Shown one piece after another: positions 34,836-52,260 of a stretch of DNA of 64,000 nt. The notes under the pieces are model-generated. The model was not told where the DNA came from. It ran no database searches and saw only the letters and a list, made by a program, of their open reading frames with translations. Origin of the DNA: the human T2T-CHM13v2.0 reference genome, Homo sapiens; the NCBI RefSeq assembly GCF_009914755.1, contig NC_060927.1; one strand, 5' to 3'. Made by a program: the position numbers and the translations under genes. Numbering within the stretch: position 1 is the first letter of the stretch; each line of letters starts with the position of its first letter.

Positions 34836-35506
34836 AGCATAATTTAAGTTTAGTTGAAGAAAAGCTGGTGGTCAGTCAACTCAAGGTAATTTAAGGCTTA
34901 TCATCTAGTTTGCTGATAATTTTTCTTGCCTTTCTTCCTTGTCTATTTCATTATTGAATTCTTCATCAGGAGCAGAGAAAAATGAAACTCAAAAAAAATT
35001 AGTTTGGCCACTGAATAAGTTTCTAATAAAAATTCTGGCAGAGGAAAAGTTTGAAACAAATGACAAAAATGAGGTTTATAGGTTGTTTACAGATTTTCTT
35101 TGTGAGTGCTTCCTTTCTTGTAAACCTTTGTTGAAAATTAGAACTAGTATATGCTACTCCTTCCTGTAAGGTTGAGAAGTACCATAATCTGTCTTTGAAA
35201 TCTTTCTAATGATCCAATGTAAGTGGGTAGCCTGTTGTTTCCATAACTGAAATTATTACATTAATATGTATTAATAACATAGCACATGGCAAATTTGCTC
35301 TGATGAGCCCATCATTTATTAATACACATTCTTCCTGGAATAATGAAACCTCATTATGGGGTCACTGTACTCTCTAAAGCTTTTCATTAAGTGTAAAATT
35401 TGAATCTAGGTCATAAGAACCTAAGGAATTTGTTAAAGAAAATTATCAAAAATAACCACCAAAACCCATTGTATCTTATAGTTGAGGAGCTTTCCTCACT
35501 ATATAA

Positions 35507-35746
<240 letters not shown>

Positions 35747-35954
35747 TAGTTATATGAAGCAGAATGTGCCTCTTGTTTGTAAGAATATGTCAGGAGGTCT
35801 CCTTTTCTTCCCTCCTTTTTGGATAATGTTTATCAAACTCTGATTTCCTTTAAGATAACTAATATATAAGTATAAAGGAGCAGTTGCAAAATGGCAAGCA
35901 TATAACCAATATATTTTATTTGGCCCATGTGTCATTTTAAGAATTGGACATTAA

Positions 35955-36127
35955 ACTTTTTTTAAAATTTTATTTATTTTTTCTAGATAGGGTCTCGTTC
36001 TGTTGCCCATGCTGTAAGTGGCACAATCATGGCTCAGTGTAACCTCGGGCTCCTGGGCTCAAGTGAGCCTCCTGCCTCAGCCTCCTGAGTAGCTGAGATT
36101 ACAGGTGTGCACCACCACACCTGGCTA
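35955..36127 (-). mobile_element. Alu right-arm fragment
   Basis: Single monomer flanked by aattggac. Confidence 0.8.
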
Positions 36128-36957
36128 AAATTGGACCTTTTTATATAAAAACTCAGATCTGACAGTCCAGCACTGAAATCCCTTCATGGCAGCAGTTTGT
36201 TGGAGCATAGTAGTAGCTGCCCTGTTAGACTGAGTGCGCCCCAGCTTGCCACAGCCCCCATCACAATCACCACCCTGCCAACTTCTGAACCACTTTGCTT
36301 ATTTATTTGCTGCCTAGCATTTATAGAAATTCAATTTCTACGTTTGAGTGTACTGCTCTCTTAATCCTTATATACTGTCAGGGCCAGCCCAGCAAAATTG
36401 CAAAGATAACATTTGACTTTTATTATCTTCATTCTCAATTTTGAACACATCTTACTTTTAATAACTGTTATTCCCTTCCTCTCAGAGGTATAAAACTGTC
36501 ATAACTTCTCATCCTCTTACATTATCAGATCTTCCTTTGAGGCTTGTAGCTTAGTGTTGACTATGTTTATCCACTATTTAAGATTAATGGTTCTTTAATT
36601 TTGGAATTTAAAAGTTTGGGTAACAATGAATAGGTGATAATGTTTTGTTTTGTTTTGTTTTTTAACTAGGGAAGCATTTTATGTAAGCCCAGTTCAAATA
36701 TTATTTGGAGAGATATTTGCTTATTGATTATTAGCTACTTAGCTATCAAGCATGTTGTATTGAATTGCTTGTTTAATTTTAGAGTAAAGTAATTTGCAAT
36801 ATAGGCCAAATTTTAAGGAGTGCTGAAAGTTTTCTCTTTGTAGATTTGTTTCATATTACTCAGGATGTCAGAAATAAAAAAAGGGGTGCAGGGAATTTAC
36901 CCTAAATCACTTTGTCTTTACAAATAATTTTTAAAAGTTCTTTTTCAGTTCTTTTCA

Positions 36958-37304
<347 letters not shown>

Positions 37305-37348
37305 TCACAATTCTCATTCTAATGCAGCCTTTTTCTTGTGATCTACAG

Positions 37349-37406
37349 GAAAGAAAAAGGAAATGGAAAACTATAACGTCACTCTTATTGTGGTAATGAG
37401 TATTTT
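37349..37406 (+). CDS. GRAMD1C: GRAMD1C coding exon (start of TM helix)
   Basis: ctacag|GA...ATTTT|gtaagt; KKKEMENYNVTLIVVMSI. Confidence 0.9.
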
Positions 37407-37772
37407 GTAAGTATTTGTTGTGAATGCTTATTTTGCTTGTTTCAGCATTTATCTTTAACTAGTTTCCAAAAGAATTTGAATGTATTTGTATATTATTGTG
37501 TAGAAATTGCCACTATTTGACTATTGCCGGCCTACAAAAATAGCAATTTTATAGGTTTCAGATTTTTAGCTTTATATATGATTTTCAGAAGAATTGTTAA
37601 ATTTGAGGAAATACAAAGTACTCATTCAACAGATGTTTTTATTTTTTAGCTAATCTGATTAATTTCTATCATCATAGGTTTTTATGGGAAGTTCCATAAA
37701 TTTAAAGGGAATATTTATATATACATGCTGGGGAAGTGCCAATAATACTATTTTACTCTATTTGATTGGACA

Positions 37773-37965
37773 AATGGTTCTTACGTAACTCTGCTGTGCC
37801 TAAGAATCACTTGGGGTGCTTGCTAAAATGCAGATTTCTTGACCCCTGTCTCAGAGATTGATTCAGTAATTCTTGAGTAGGCATCAGGAATCAGTATTTT
37901 TAAACATACACCCCAGGTTATTCTGATGCAAGTGATATGAGCATTACATGGTGAAAAATACTGGG
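37773..37965. mobile_element. MER5-like hAT MITE
   Basis: agaatcacttggggtgcttgctaaaatgcagatt...ccccaggttattctgatgca. Confidence 0.7.
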
Positions 37966-39149
37966 ACAATGTCTGAATCCCAGGGTATTCTATAGGAATC
38001 CACTCAGCCAGTCATATTTAGAACACTAATATCTATATGCCTCTATATGAATCTTGAGGCACTATGTTAGATTTAATTGAATTGGTTCTGACTTAGTGAT
38101 ATATTGAAGGTGATAATTTTTGGATTGGAGCTTCAATATTAGCTTTTTTTTGTCTAATTATAGATTTCAGAACATAGAAGATGTTTGTTGTTCCTTTGGG
38201 CTTTATGGAAGATTTTTATGTTCTGCTTAAATCAGTTTTCTACGACAGTTCTGAATAGCAAATATTATCAGTGTTCTTTTGCATTACTTTACAGAAAATG
38301 TTTACTCAAAAGTTGGAATATTAATCTGTATACCATTTCAATGCCATAATAACTTCAAAGATTGGATTTTCTTGCTACTATCTTAAGTTTTTAAAAATAA
38401 ATCTTCTTGATGGGTAAAAGTGAATAAGGGCAAGTTAATATTTTAATAGAAAAAGTAGACAGATATGATGCCACCTGTATATTTGCATATATATATATAT
38501 GGTATGTAACCATTCACTTGAAAGGCTGCTGTGAAAACCAATACATTAAGTTCATTTAGCATGTAACATTTTATATATGACACCATTAATGTATATTTGG
38601 GACTTGATACTTCCTTTGTGCAAGATGAACTAGAATAATTTTTGCTGAATGGTAATTTTTTTTTTTTTTCTGACTTCCACTGGGAGTAAGAGGTACATCA
38701 TGCTCTACCTGAGATCAGCTACATATTGATCTTCATTTCCTTTTCTGAAAGGCAGCATTATGAGCGTATAATTGCCTAAGCCAAAGGCACCCAAAAATAG
38801 ATCCTAAAAGCTTATCTGGTAGATTTCAAAGCTGGTGGTCTCACATCAACACTGACTAGTATTCCTAGCAGAGGGGAGAGATGTCACAGATACCCCAAAC
38901 CTGTGAGTTCGGATTATTCAAGGACTTGTATTGTCACTCTAATTACCTTCCATCTTTTCCTCAACCTCCACTTAATACTTACAAGTAATTATTTCATATA
39001 ATAAAATAGGGATAATTGATTTAAATAATAACAACAATGAAAAACAGTGTAGACAATACACATTTTTGAAGCTTTTGCATGTATATTCTGCATTAGCAAT
39101 GCTTTAGGTCTGGAAAAGTGTGGATTAACATATAATTTGCTCTGCCTAG

Positions 39150-39260
39150 TGTGTTGTTATTAGTTTTGTTGAATGTGACACTGTTTCTGAAGCTGTCAAA
39201 GATAGAACATGCTGCTCAGTCCTTTTACCGTCTCCGCCTCCAAGAAGAGAAATCTTTAAA
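39150..39260 (+). CDS. GRAMD1C: GRAMD1C coding exon (TM helix, luminal start)
   Basis: cctag|T...TTAAA|gtaagt; VLLLVLLNVTLFLKLSKIEHAAQSFYRLRLQEEKSL. Confidence 0.93.
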
Positions 39261-39503
39261 GTAAGTCTTTTTCCCCCTGACCTGTATTCACCATATTATT
39301 TCAGTAATTCTTCAGTTGCAGAAAACTTAATTTCAGTTTCAGAGACTGTGGTCTGCTAACTATCCTGTAGCCATAAACAGCCTGTTTTTGTTTGTTTAAT
39401 TTTGTGTTTTGTTTGCAAATTTATGGGGCTCTGATGATTTCTGGAAATGAAAAAAAGATCAGAAGCTATTCTCCAGATTTTGAAGATGGCATTTTTCTTT
39501 CAG

Positions 39504-39609
39504 TTTAGCCTCTGATATGGTGTCAAGAGCAGAAACTATTCAGAAGAATAAAGATCAGGCCCATCGTTTAAAGGGAGTGCTCCGAGACTCCATAGTGATG
39601 CTTGAACAG
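39504..39609 (+). CDS. GRAMD1C: GRAMD1C coding exon
   Basis: tttcag|T...CAG|gtaggc; LASDMVSRAETIQKNKDQAHRLKGVLRDSIVMLEQ. Confidence 0.93.
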
Positions 39610-40884
39610 GTAGGCAACTCGATACATCACAGTACTTAGTATCTTTGTCCCAGTATGAATTAGTTGCTCTTCTGTGTATGAGAGAATATTTACCCTACTA
39701 TCGTTTGAAAAAATCCCCCTGCTAGAGCCAACTACCCCTGCCAGTCTCTAGTATGCAAGGGTATTACATTTATTATGTAGTCACTTTTGTTTATTTATTT
39801 ATTTACAAAATGGGAGTATACAATATACACTGTTGTATATCTTTTTTCAATTAGTAATATATTCTGAAGATGTTTCCATATCAGTGTGTATACATCTACT
39901 TCATTTTTATTGATCTTTCTAAATAAAATTCGATGCATAATATTAAGCTCTTTTTACAGGAATGGTAGCTATTACATACACTGTCCATTATTTTACTTTT
40001 ATCTATTAACCATATATCTTGGAGATACTTCCATCTCAGTATATAAAGCAAACCCCCTTAACAGCTGCATAAGATTCAACTGTATAAATGTACCATAATT
40101 ATCTTACTAGTATTTTTACCACTATTGCCAATTATCTTTACAGACATTTAATATTTGCAGACATTTAATCCCCTAATTTTCTGTTTATAAATCTCTCAGA
40201 ATCTTTATTCACGTAGGTACTCCATTGATGAGGTCTTCTGATGGCTCCAGTCAGGTCCAGTGGCCCTCTATGCCGGGTGCACAGCTATCATTCTGGGGTT
40301 CCTATTGTCTGTGTGTGTCTTCTGTTTCCTATATCCTGTGTTTTCCTTTCTTAGTTTACTTCCTCCTTTTAATGGAGCACATCCAACAGTAGCTTCCTGA
40401 GAAGAGAATTTGGAGGTAAATATTTTAAGAGTTCACCTAACTGAAAATTTTTCATTCTACTTTTTCTCTTGCTTATAAATGGTTTGATGAGAACTTTGAA
40501 GGCATTGCTCCATTATCTTTTGGTTCCAGTATTGCTATTGAGAATTCTGAGGCTATTATCACTCTTGATTCTTTAATCTGGAAACTCATGCCTATAATTC
40601 TGGAATTTTTCTTGAGTCATATAGTTGATTATTTCCTTCCCTCATTTTCTCTCTCCTGACCTTCTACAACTCCTGTTATTCAGATGTCAGCCTTCTGTTG
40701 GATGGGTTATGTAATATTCTTACCTTTTCTTTCCATCTCTTAGTCTTTTTGGTCTGTTTCTGGGATATTTTATCAATTTTATCTTCAAATTCTTCCATTG
40801 AGTTTTTCAGTTTTCGCTAACAAATTTTCAGTTTCAAAGAGCTATCATTTTTCTGAATGATTTCTTTTCTTTGTGGTGTTGCAA

Positions 40885-41476
40885 TTTTTTTTTTTTTTTT
40901 GAGATGGAATCTCACTCTGTCACCCAGTCTGGAGTGCAGTGGCACAATCTCAGCTCACCACAACCTCTGCCTCCCAGGTTCAAGTGATTCTCCTGCCTCA
41001 GCCTCCTGAGTAGCTGGGATTACAGGCGCGTGCCACCATGCCTGGTTAATTTTTGTATTTTTAGTAGAGACAGGGTTTCGCCATGTTGGCCAGGCTGGTC
41101 TTGAGCTCTCGACCTCAGGTGATCCTCTCACCTCGGCCTCCCAAAGTGTTGGGATTAAAGGCATGAGCCACCGTGCCCGGCCATCTTTTTTTTTTTTGAG
41201 ACAAGAGTCTTACTCTGTCACCCAACTGGAGTGCAGTGGCATGAACACGGCTCACTGCAGCCTTGACCTCCTGGGCTCAAGCAAACCTCCCACCTCACCC
41301 TCCCGTAGCTGGAACTTCAGGTGTGAGCCACCATGCCCAGCTAATTTTTGCAGTTTTTGTAGAGACAAGGTTTTGCCATGTTGCCCAGGCTGGTCTCAAA
41401 CTCCTGGGCTCAGCAGATCTACCTGCCTTGGCCTCCCAAAGTGTTGGGATTGCAGGCATGAGCCACTGCTCCCAGC
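40885..41476 (-). mobile_element. Two tandem Alus (AluS then AluJ) inside degenerate L1M sequence
   Basis: Alu consensus; tgcaatttttt on both outer flanks. Confidence 0.9.
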
Positions 41477-42369
41477 TGCAATTTTTTTTTTTTTTTTAAT
41501 GGCTACCATATCTTTATCTCTCTGAAGATATTACTGATAGTTAACATTTTTTAAATCTTCTTCTGGCATACTCATTTTGCATCAAGATCTTCACCCTCGT
41601 TTTAATTTCTATCTTTAAGGTTAGAGAATTTCTTTAGTGTTTGGTAGCCCTTGCTTATCTTCTTGTGTGGATCTGAAGCTCTTTACATATGGATTGGGCT
41701 GGTGTACCCCAAACTTCTCTGTAGATCTGGCTGGGCTCTTGGCTGAGAAATCCTGGTTATCAGCACCTTTGGGTCAGTGTCCACAGAGAAGACTCCTCCA
41801 GTCTCCAACCTGGTGGATTTAGGGCTGGCTGCAGCGTTTTAGGAGCTGAGCGGAAGAGGGATAGGGGAAGGAAAGGCAGAAAGGATGGTCCCAGGATTCA
41901 GTACATACATTTTCCTGTATTACCCTTGTTTCTGGTATGTACTGCTATCCTTAACAATGCCTTGGTGTCCCTCAAGCCAGGCAGCCAGAGACCCTCTGTT
42001 TTATCCTGCACGGAAAATAAAATTCCAGACTTCTGCCTAGGTAGTAGGAAAGGTCAGATGCCGAAAGTTTCATGCAATCCTTCCTTTGGCTCTTCCTCTT
42101 TATTCTCACTTCCAGAGCTTCCTGGTCATTAACACCTGAGCCTTTTGAGGATTCTTTAGGGTTAATTTTGTTGGTTCTCAGCATTACTTTTACTTTAGAA
42201 TTCAGCTTTTCCAGGCCTGCTGAGTCATCCATCTGCTTTCCAGTTTCCAAAGTTGCATTACTGTTGTCTCCTTTTCCATTTTCCTTGCCCTTATAGCTTT
42301 ATGCCTTCTAAAAAATCTCTTTATTAGTAGAGTTTGAGGGAGCAAAGTTGGATGTGTGTATTTATTCCA

Positions 42370-44070
<1,701 letters not shown>

Positions 44071-44661
44071 TACAAAAAAAGAGTAAGACATAATTCCTGC
44101 TCTTGAGTTGCACACAATTTTCTTAGAGAAATGAGATGTCCAGGTGTATTGTTAATGACAAAGATTACAAAATTCAGTGTCAAAGTGTTAAGTAGTAAGG
44201 ATAATGCTTTGGGAGTTTATAGGCAGAATGACTGGGGAAAACTACATGAAGAGTGTGAATATGAGTAAGTTTTAGGTGAAGAACATGAGGATGAGAGCAT
44301 GCAAAGGCACTGAAGCAAACTTGAGTTGTTTAGGGGATAGTGAGGAGACCACTGCAACTTCAGAAATCTTTTAGGAAAACGAGTCTGTCACTACGCTTAA
44401 TTTGATTAATGGACCTATTGGGAGGTAGACTATGTAGCAGTAGGAAGAAGTACAATACTCCAGCAAATGGGAAGAACTCTGTAGCAATCATACTGATAGA
44501 TACCCCAAAGAATCAGGTATTTTGTATTTAACGTTTTATTTGGGCATCAGTATAAACAAAACTATATTAAGTGTCACTGTAAATTTTGGGCATAAAAAAC
44601 AGAAATTTTCAAATCTGATTAGAAAAATTAATCTGATTTTGAAAATTAACTTTGTTTACAG

Positions 44662-44742
44662 CTGAAGAGCTCACTCATTATGCTTCAGAAAACGTTTGAT
44701 CTACTAAATAAGAATAAGACTGGCATGGCTGTTGAAAGCTAG
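44662..44742 (+). CDS. GRAMD1C: GRAMD1C last coding exon
   Basis: ttacag|CTG; LKSSLIMLQKTFDLLNKNKTGMAVES-TAG; the 12 exons total 1449 nt (482 aa plus stop). Confidence 0.93.
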   Translation: MKSSLIMLQKTFDLLNKNKTGMAVES

Positions 44743-46440
44743 TGATCTGAAGGACTAAAACCGCAGAGATACTTGGAACTTAAAGAAAATACCTGGAAGA
44801 AAACCAGACGAATGAAGGATTTTGGCATAGAACATTTCTATGTTTTTTCATTATTGAGATTTCTAATATGAACATTTCTTTCAGTAACATTTATTTGATA
44901 ATTAGTTTCTGCTGGCCTTAATAATCCATCCTTTCACTTCTTATAGATATTTTTAAGCTGTGAATTTCTTCAGTGAACCATGAAATATATTATAGAACTG
45001 AATTTCTCTGATACAAAAAGAAAATGACACACCCTGAATTGAGTGGTATGGTCTCATTTCTACAGTGAAGTCTGATGCTTTGTTAGCACAGAATCCGTAC
45101 ATGTCCAATAGGTCGCTTTTGTAACTGAGATAAGACCAAGAGGATAAACAGGACAATATAAGAAGAAACCTCTATGTCATTACTGATTTTAAAGGTTCTG
45201 TTTTCAGGCATATAACATTTCCAGGTTTGTGTACTGTAAAGATTATAATGTCTTCATTTATTTAGCATGCAAATTTAATAGTCAAACTTTTTGAATCTGC
45301 ATGTTGATGATGATTATCAGAAAGGGTCTTCTGCCATGCTGTATCTTTATGAAAGAAATAGTTGTTTTTTCTTAAGGTAACTATCAGAGGTGGGATTATC
45401 TTGCCTCCTCACTTAGAATACCAACAGTCAAAAGGAAGAACCATCCTCTGAGTTTTAAAAACCAGAAGGTTATGTTAAAATCTGGGCATTTAGTGACAGA
45501 TCAAATGCATACTTGAACTAAGATTGGCTTCAGCTTAGCAGTCTTTCATGGTGGAAGTGACACATCTGGTTGAAAATAATTTGTGTATTTTCAGTAACCA
45601 TGTATGGCTTCCTTCTTTATGTATGTGTGTGACTTGTTTTGATTGGTAAGTTATAAGCCAGACATAGATTTTAGCTCTTTAATAAAAACTTCAGGGGCAC
45701 GTATGTCCCAGTACAAGTGTACTGACTATCAAGTTTTAACTCAGATGCAAGCTTTGGCTCTTTCATAAAAAGTTTTTATGCATATGTGTCTCCATACAAG
45801 TGGCTCATTAAAATAAGAACTTTGTAAACTGACTTAAAATCAGATATTTTTTCAAGAGTTAGGGAAAGTTGAAGTGTTTTACTGTTTTGTCTCTTGAGCC
45901 CTTTCTCTGGGGAAAAAATACATATCCATCTATCTATCTATATATAAACTGTGTATACATTCTTACTGTTTGAACAACTATTGCCTTTAATTAAATGTTT
46001 CATTTTTCTCCAGAGTCCCCAAAGCCACATGGCATTATTATAGTCATTTTTGAGATGCCTGTAGAGAATGAAAGTATTGACTCCGTTAGAGGGAAAATGG
46101 GTTTCTCTGGGTGAATTCCAACGAAGCATACCTAGGGGTAACAGTGAACCTACCTGGGTTTGTTTTGTTTTGGTAAGGATTTATGTAGTGTCTGGCTGTA
46201 AGCAAGAATGAGTGGATTATAAACTTGAAGATTTCTCTGTTAAAGTCACAAAAATGATCGACAAACAATATTTTTGTGATGTTTATTTAAACGTTGTATT
46301 TTATAACATACTTCAAGGAAGAGTATCGAAGTAAGTTGCTTTATAAATTAAGACTAAATTCGTATGGATGCAGAATTCAATTAATAAAATTTGAGCCTGT
46401 TACGTAAATTGAATATTAATAAAATTGAAAATTTCTGAGT
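44743..46440 (+). other. GRAMD1C: GRAMD1C 3' UTR
   Basis: Repeat-free AT-rich stretch after the stop; the 3' end is inferred from the polyA signals. Confidence 0.8.
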
Positions 46441-46460
46441 TGTAGTTTTTCTTCTTTTTC
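46383..46460 (+). terminator. GRAMD1C polyadenylation signals
   Basis: AATAAA at 46383-46388 and 46418-46423 followed by a GT/T-rich tract; a proximal AATAAA also at 45681-45686. Confidence 0.75.
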
Positions 46461-46689
46461 TACTTAAAAACAAAACTAGAAAGCCTGCGGTAGTGAAACG
46501 TGTACATGGGCCCACACTCTTTAAAGAAATTTTGTGCAATAATAAAACCCAAAAAGGACTCTCATCTCAGGGCAGTTTCATCTCAAATACACAGACGACT
46601 GGAACAAAAGTACTAGCGAGGCCTGCTGGTCCAATGTAAAGGCTGCTAGCCAGAAATCATGAAACGAACAGGTTGCTAAATGAACAGAT

Positions 46690-47900
46690 CCGGCAGCAGT
46701 GATGGGCCTTTAAGAGAAGGTCAGCGAAACTGGGGGAGGTACTTGGATAACATTTTGCGGTGGAAAGCTCCCTCACCGCCTGTTGCCGGAGTCTGAATGA
46801 AGGCTGGCGGCTCCACGGTCTCACGTAGTTCGGAAATCCTCCGGGTTCCCGGGTTTCCCGTATTTCCGTCTCCGCACCTCGTCCGCACCCCGGGGCTCCG
46901 GAGGCTGTCCCACCGGCGCGCCGCCCGCAGGCACCGGCGGCGCCCGGCTGCCGCCTCTGGGGCGGGGCGGGGCGTGGCGTGGCGGGGCAGGCCGGAGGTG
47001 CGGGACCCACCTCCTGCCCCTGCCTCCTGGACGCGCTCTCGGGAGCCGATTTTCCCCTTCCCGGCGCCAGGGCCGCGGGCCAGGAGGAGGAGCCTCGCCC
47101 GCGGGCACCGCGGGGAGGCGGGCGGCGCACGTGCGGACAGGCGGGGAACCCCGGCGCCGGGGGCGGGGCACCCGGAAGCGCGCGTGGACCTGGCGCACCG
47201 AGCCGGGCGGGCGGAGGGGCGGTTGGGACGGCGCGGGGAGGCGGGCGCGCCGCCCGGGCCGCGGCGGGCTGTGGTCACAGGTGGGCGGCTGCGGCGAGGG
47301 AGCGGCCGAGCGGAGCCCGGGTCCCGGAGACTCCTGCCGTCACGCCCGGGGCTCCGCGTAGCAGAGATCGGGAGACGCGTCTGTGCCTCCGGGGAAGCCG
47401 ACCCATCTCCCCTCCGCCTCTTTGGCTGCAGTTGCACCTCCGGCCAGAGGGCAGGTAACTTCCCTTCCAAGGTCATTCTCCTGGCGGGGTGGTGCGCGAG
47501 GCCCGCCCACGTCCTCCGGATTGGCGGGGGCGGGAGAGGCGCACCCTGCAAGGGGCCCGACCAGTTGGGCTGGACCGCGACCCCTGAGCACTGCCAGGGA
47601 GCCTGGTGTGTCAGCCGCTGCTAGCGGGCATATGCTTCGCCTTTCCCTATAGCCCCGAGGCTGAGTTCCCACCAGCGCCCAGGCTTGGAGCGGAGACCGC
47701 TCGGCCCTCCCAGCCTGCACCCGCAGGTGAGCGCAACCGCCCGCGCCCCGGCTGTCCCGGACGCGTGGTCGGCTGTCGCCATAGGAACGGCTGGTGCCCA
47801 GACGGCGCCTGCCCAGGCTGGGAAGGGGCGGTGAAGGCAGCTCAGACCTCCAAGAACCCTGGAGCCCCCTGTGTGGCCAGGCGGAGCCACAGAAGCCTGA
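46690..47900. promoter_or_regulatory. CpG island / ZDHHC23 promoter and non-coding first exon(s)
   Basis: Very GC- and CpG-dense; GC boxes 46959-46988, CACGTG 47128-47133, CCGGAAG 47172-47178; candidate donors at 47281, 47455, 47727; acceptor ctcag at 47949. Confidence 0.9.
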
Positions 47901-48066
47901 TGAAAACGGGACCCCCTCCCCCTCTCTCTTCTCATTTTTGATTGCTCAGGCGTTGGAGGTTAAGCAGAGAGAGAGAGGCGTGGACCTATTTACGAGATGT
48001 AAGTTGTGTTCTTTCCACCTTTACCTTCTGAGGGCTTCTTACGCCTCATGGTGACAGGTGCAAATC

Positions 48067-48227
48067 ATGACACAGAAGGGCAGTATGAAGCCTGTGAAGA
48101 AAAAGAAAACCGAAGAACCTGAATTGGAGCCCCTGTGCTGCTGCGAGTACATAGATCGGAATGGGGAAAAGAACCACGTGGCTACTTGTTTGTGTGATTG
48201 TCAAGATCTGGATGAAGGGTGTGATCG
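48067..48227 (+). CDS. ZDHHC23: ZDHHC23 first coding exon
   Basis: atcATG; MTQKGSMKPVKKKKTEEPELEPLCCCEYIDRNGEKNHVATCLCDCQDLDEGCD(R); donor CG|gtaaga. Confidence 0.93.
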
Positions 48228-49522
48228 GTAAGAACAGAGCATTTCTTGACGCTGGCCCCATCACCCTTCTGAGAACTGCCATGTGTACTTTCAACCTAGC
48301 CACCCAGAATGCTAGAATTTGCTCTTGATTCTATTTCCAAGCATCTAAAATGAGAGTTGGCTTCTGTGTCAAGTGTGAGGATTTTAGAAAGATGGATTAC
48401 GCAGTAGTGCACAGCTGTCTGTCTGCTCTGTTTTATAGGATATTATTTTTCGTTTAAAGAGAGATGAGGGAGAGAACAGGCAGTTTAAAGGGATAGTAGG
48501 CAAGTTAGTATAAAATAAAATGCAAGCCAGCAGAATCTGTAAGTTTAAAATGAACACAATAGTTCCAGAAAGTTCCTGCCTTCTCAGAGGTCTCAGCATT
48601 TAGAGACTGACTACTTGGGACTGGGTGGCACCTGACCACAGAGGGCCTTGTGGGTTGAAATTTCATTTTCCTGCTGTTAGTACTGGTCTTGCCCCTTGTT
48701 TCTGGGGAGGAACTCCAGCCAGAAGGCATGTATCTCCCCTGGATTCACAGTTTTCAGTGCGACCAGCAACACTCTTGATTGATCATACTGTATTTGGCTT
48801 TTATTTTCCAAGTGATGGAAATTACTATCCAAAAAGAGAATTTTTAACATCACTGAAAAAATTTGGTGTCGGACAGTGAATAATCTGGTTTTAATCCATT
48901 TTCTGAGTAATTATATATTTAAAAATCACTGTCAATGGAAGTCATAATGTGGGAAGGATAGGGATGTTGGAAACTTGCTTTTCCCATTAATAATTATTTC
49001 TGGTTAAAAAAGTCATTGCAACTGCCAATTTGTTGACTTAGAACTTGATACATTAATACAGCCATGAAAAGCATTCCCTGGGGTCTGCAGTCTAGTACCA
49101 GCCTTGACTATTAAAAACCCAGTGAACCCTTTGTCGTTCTTACTTGACAGTGTACTGTGTAGTCTTTTTTATGGATGTCTTTGAATATAGGTTCTTTAGA
49201 TTTAGTCTGAAATCTATACTGAGAAAATAGAGCACTTTGCACTAATGAATGGAGAAATGATGCTGTTTCCATAACCACCATCACTCAAGACCGCAGCTCT
49301 TCCATTAACCTTGCTAACTCTTCCTCCCTCCTAGCCCTGGAGACCTTGGCTGTCCCCTGAGGCATCTCCTCTGCTCTCTCTGTACCCCTCTCCTCTGTGT
49401 TTCCACCGTGCCTGCTGCTCTGTATGATTCCCAATTAGTTATCTCTAAGTTCTAGTCTTACCTTTAAAAATTGTCTAAAATCAAAGTTACCTTTCCTTAA
49501 ACTCTACCTTTTCTTACTAGCC

Positions 49523-52260
<2,738 letters not shown>

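Noticed and set aside
44740-44745. Tandem stop TAG-TGA
   Set aside because: Common, and it argues against readthrough
46657-48054. Long ORFs (up to 276 aa) on both strands
   Set aside because: Arg/Gly/Pro/Ala-rich frames expected from stop-codon scarcity in a CpG island; no recognisable domain
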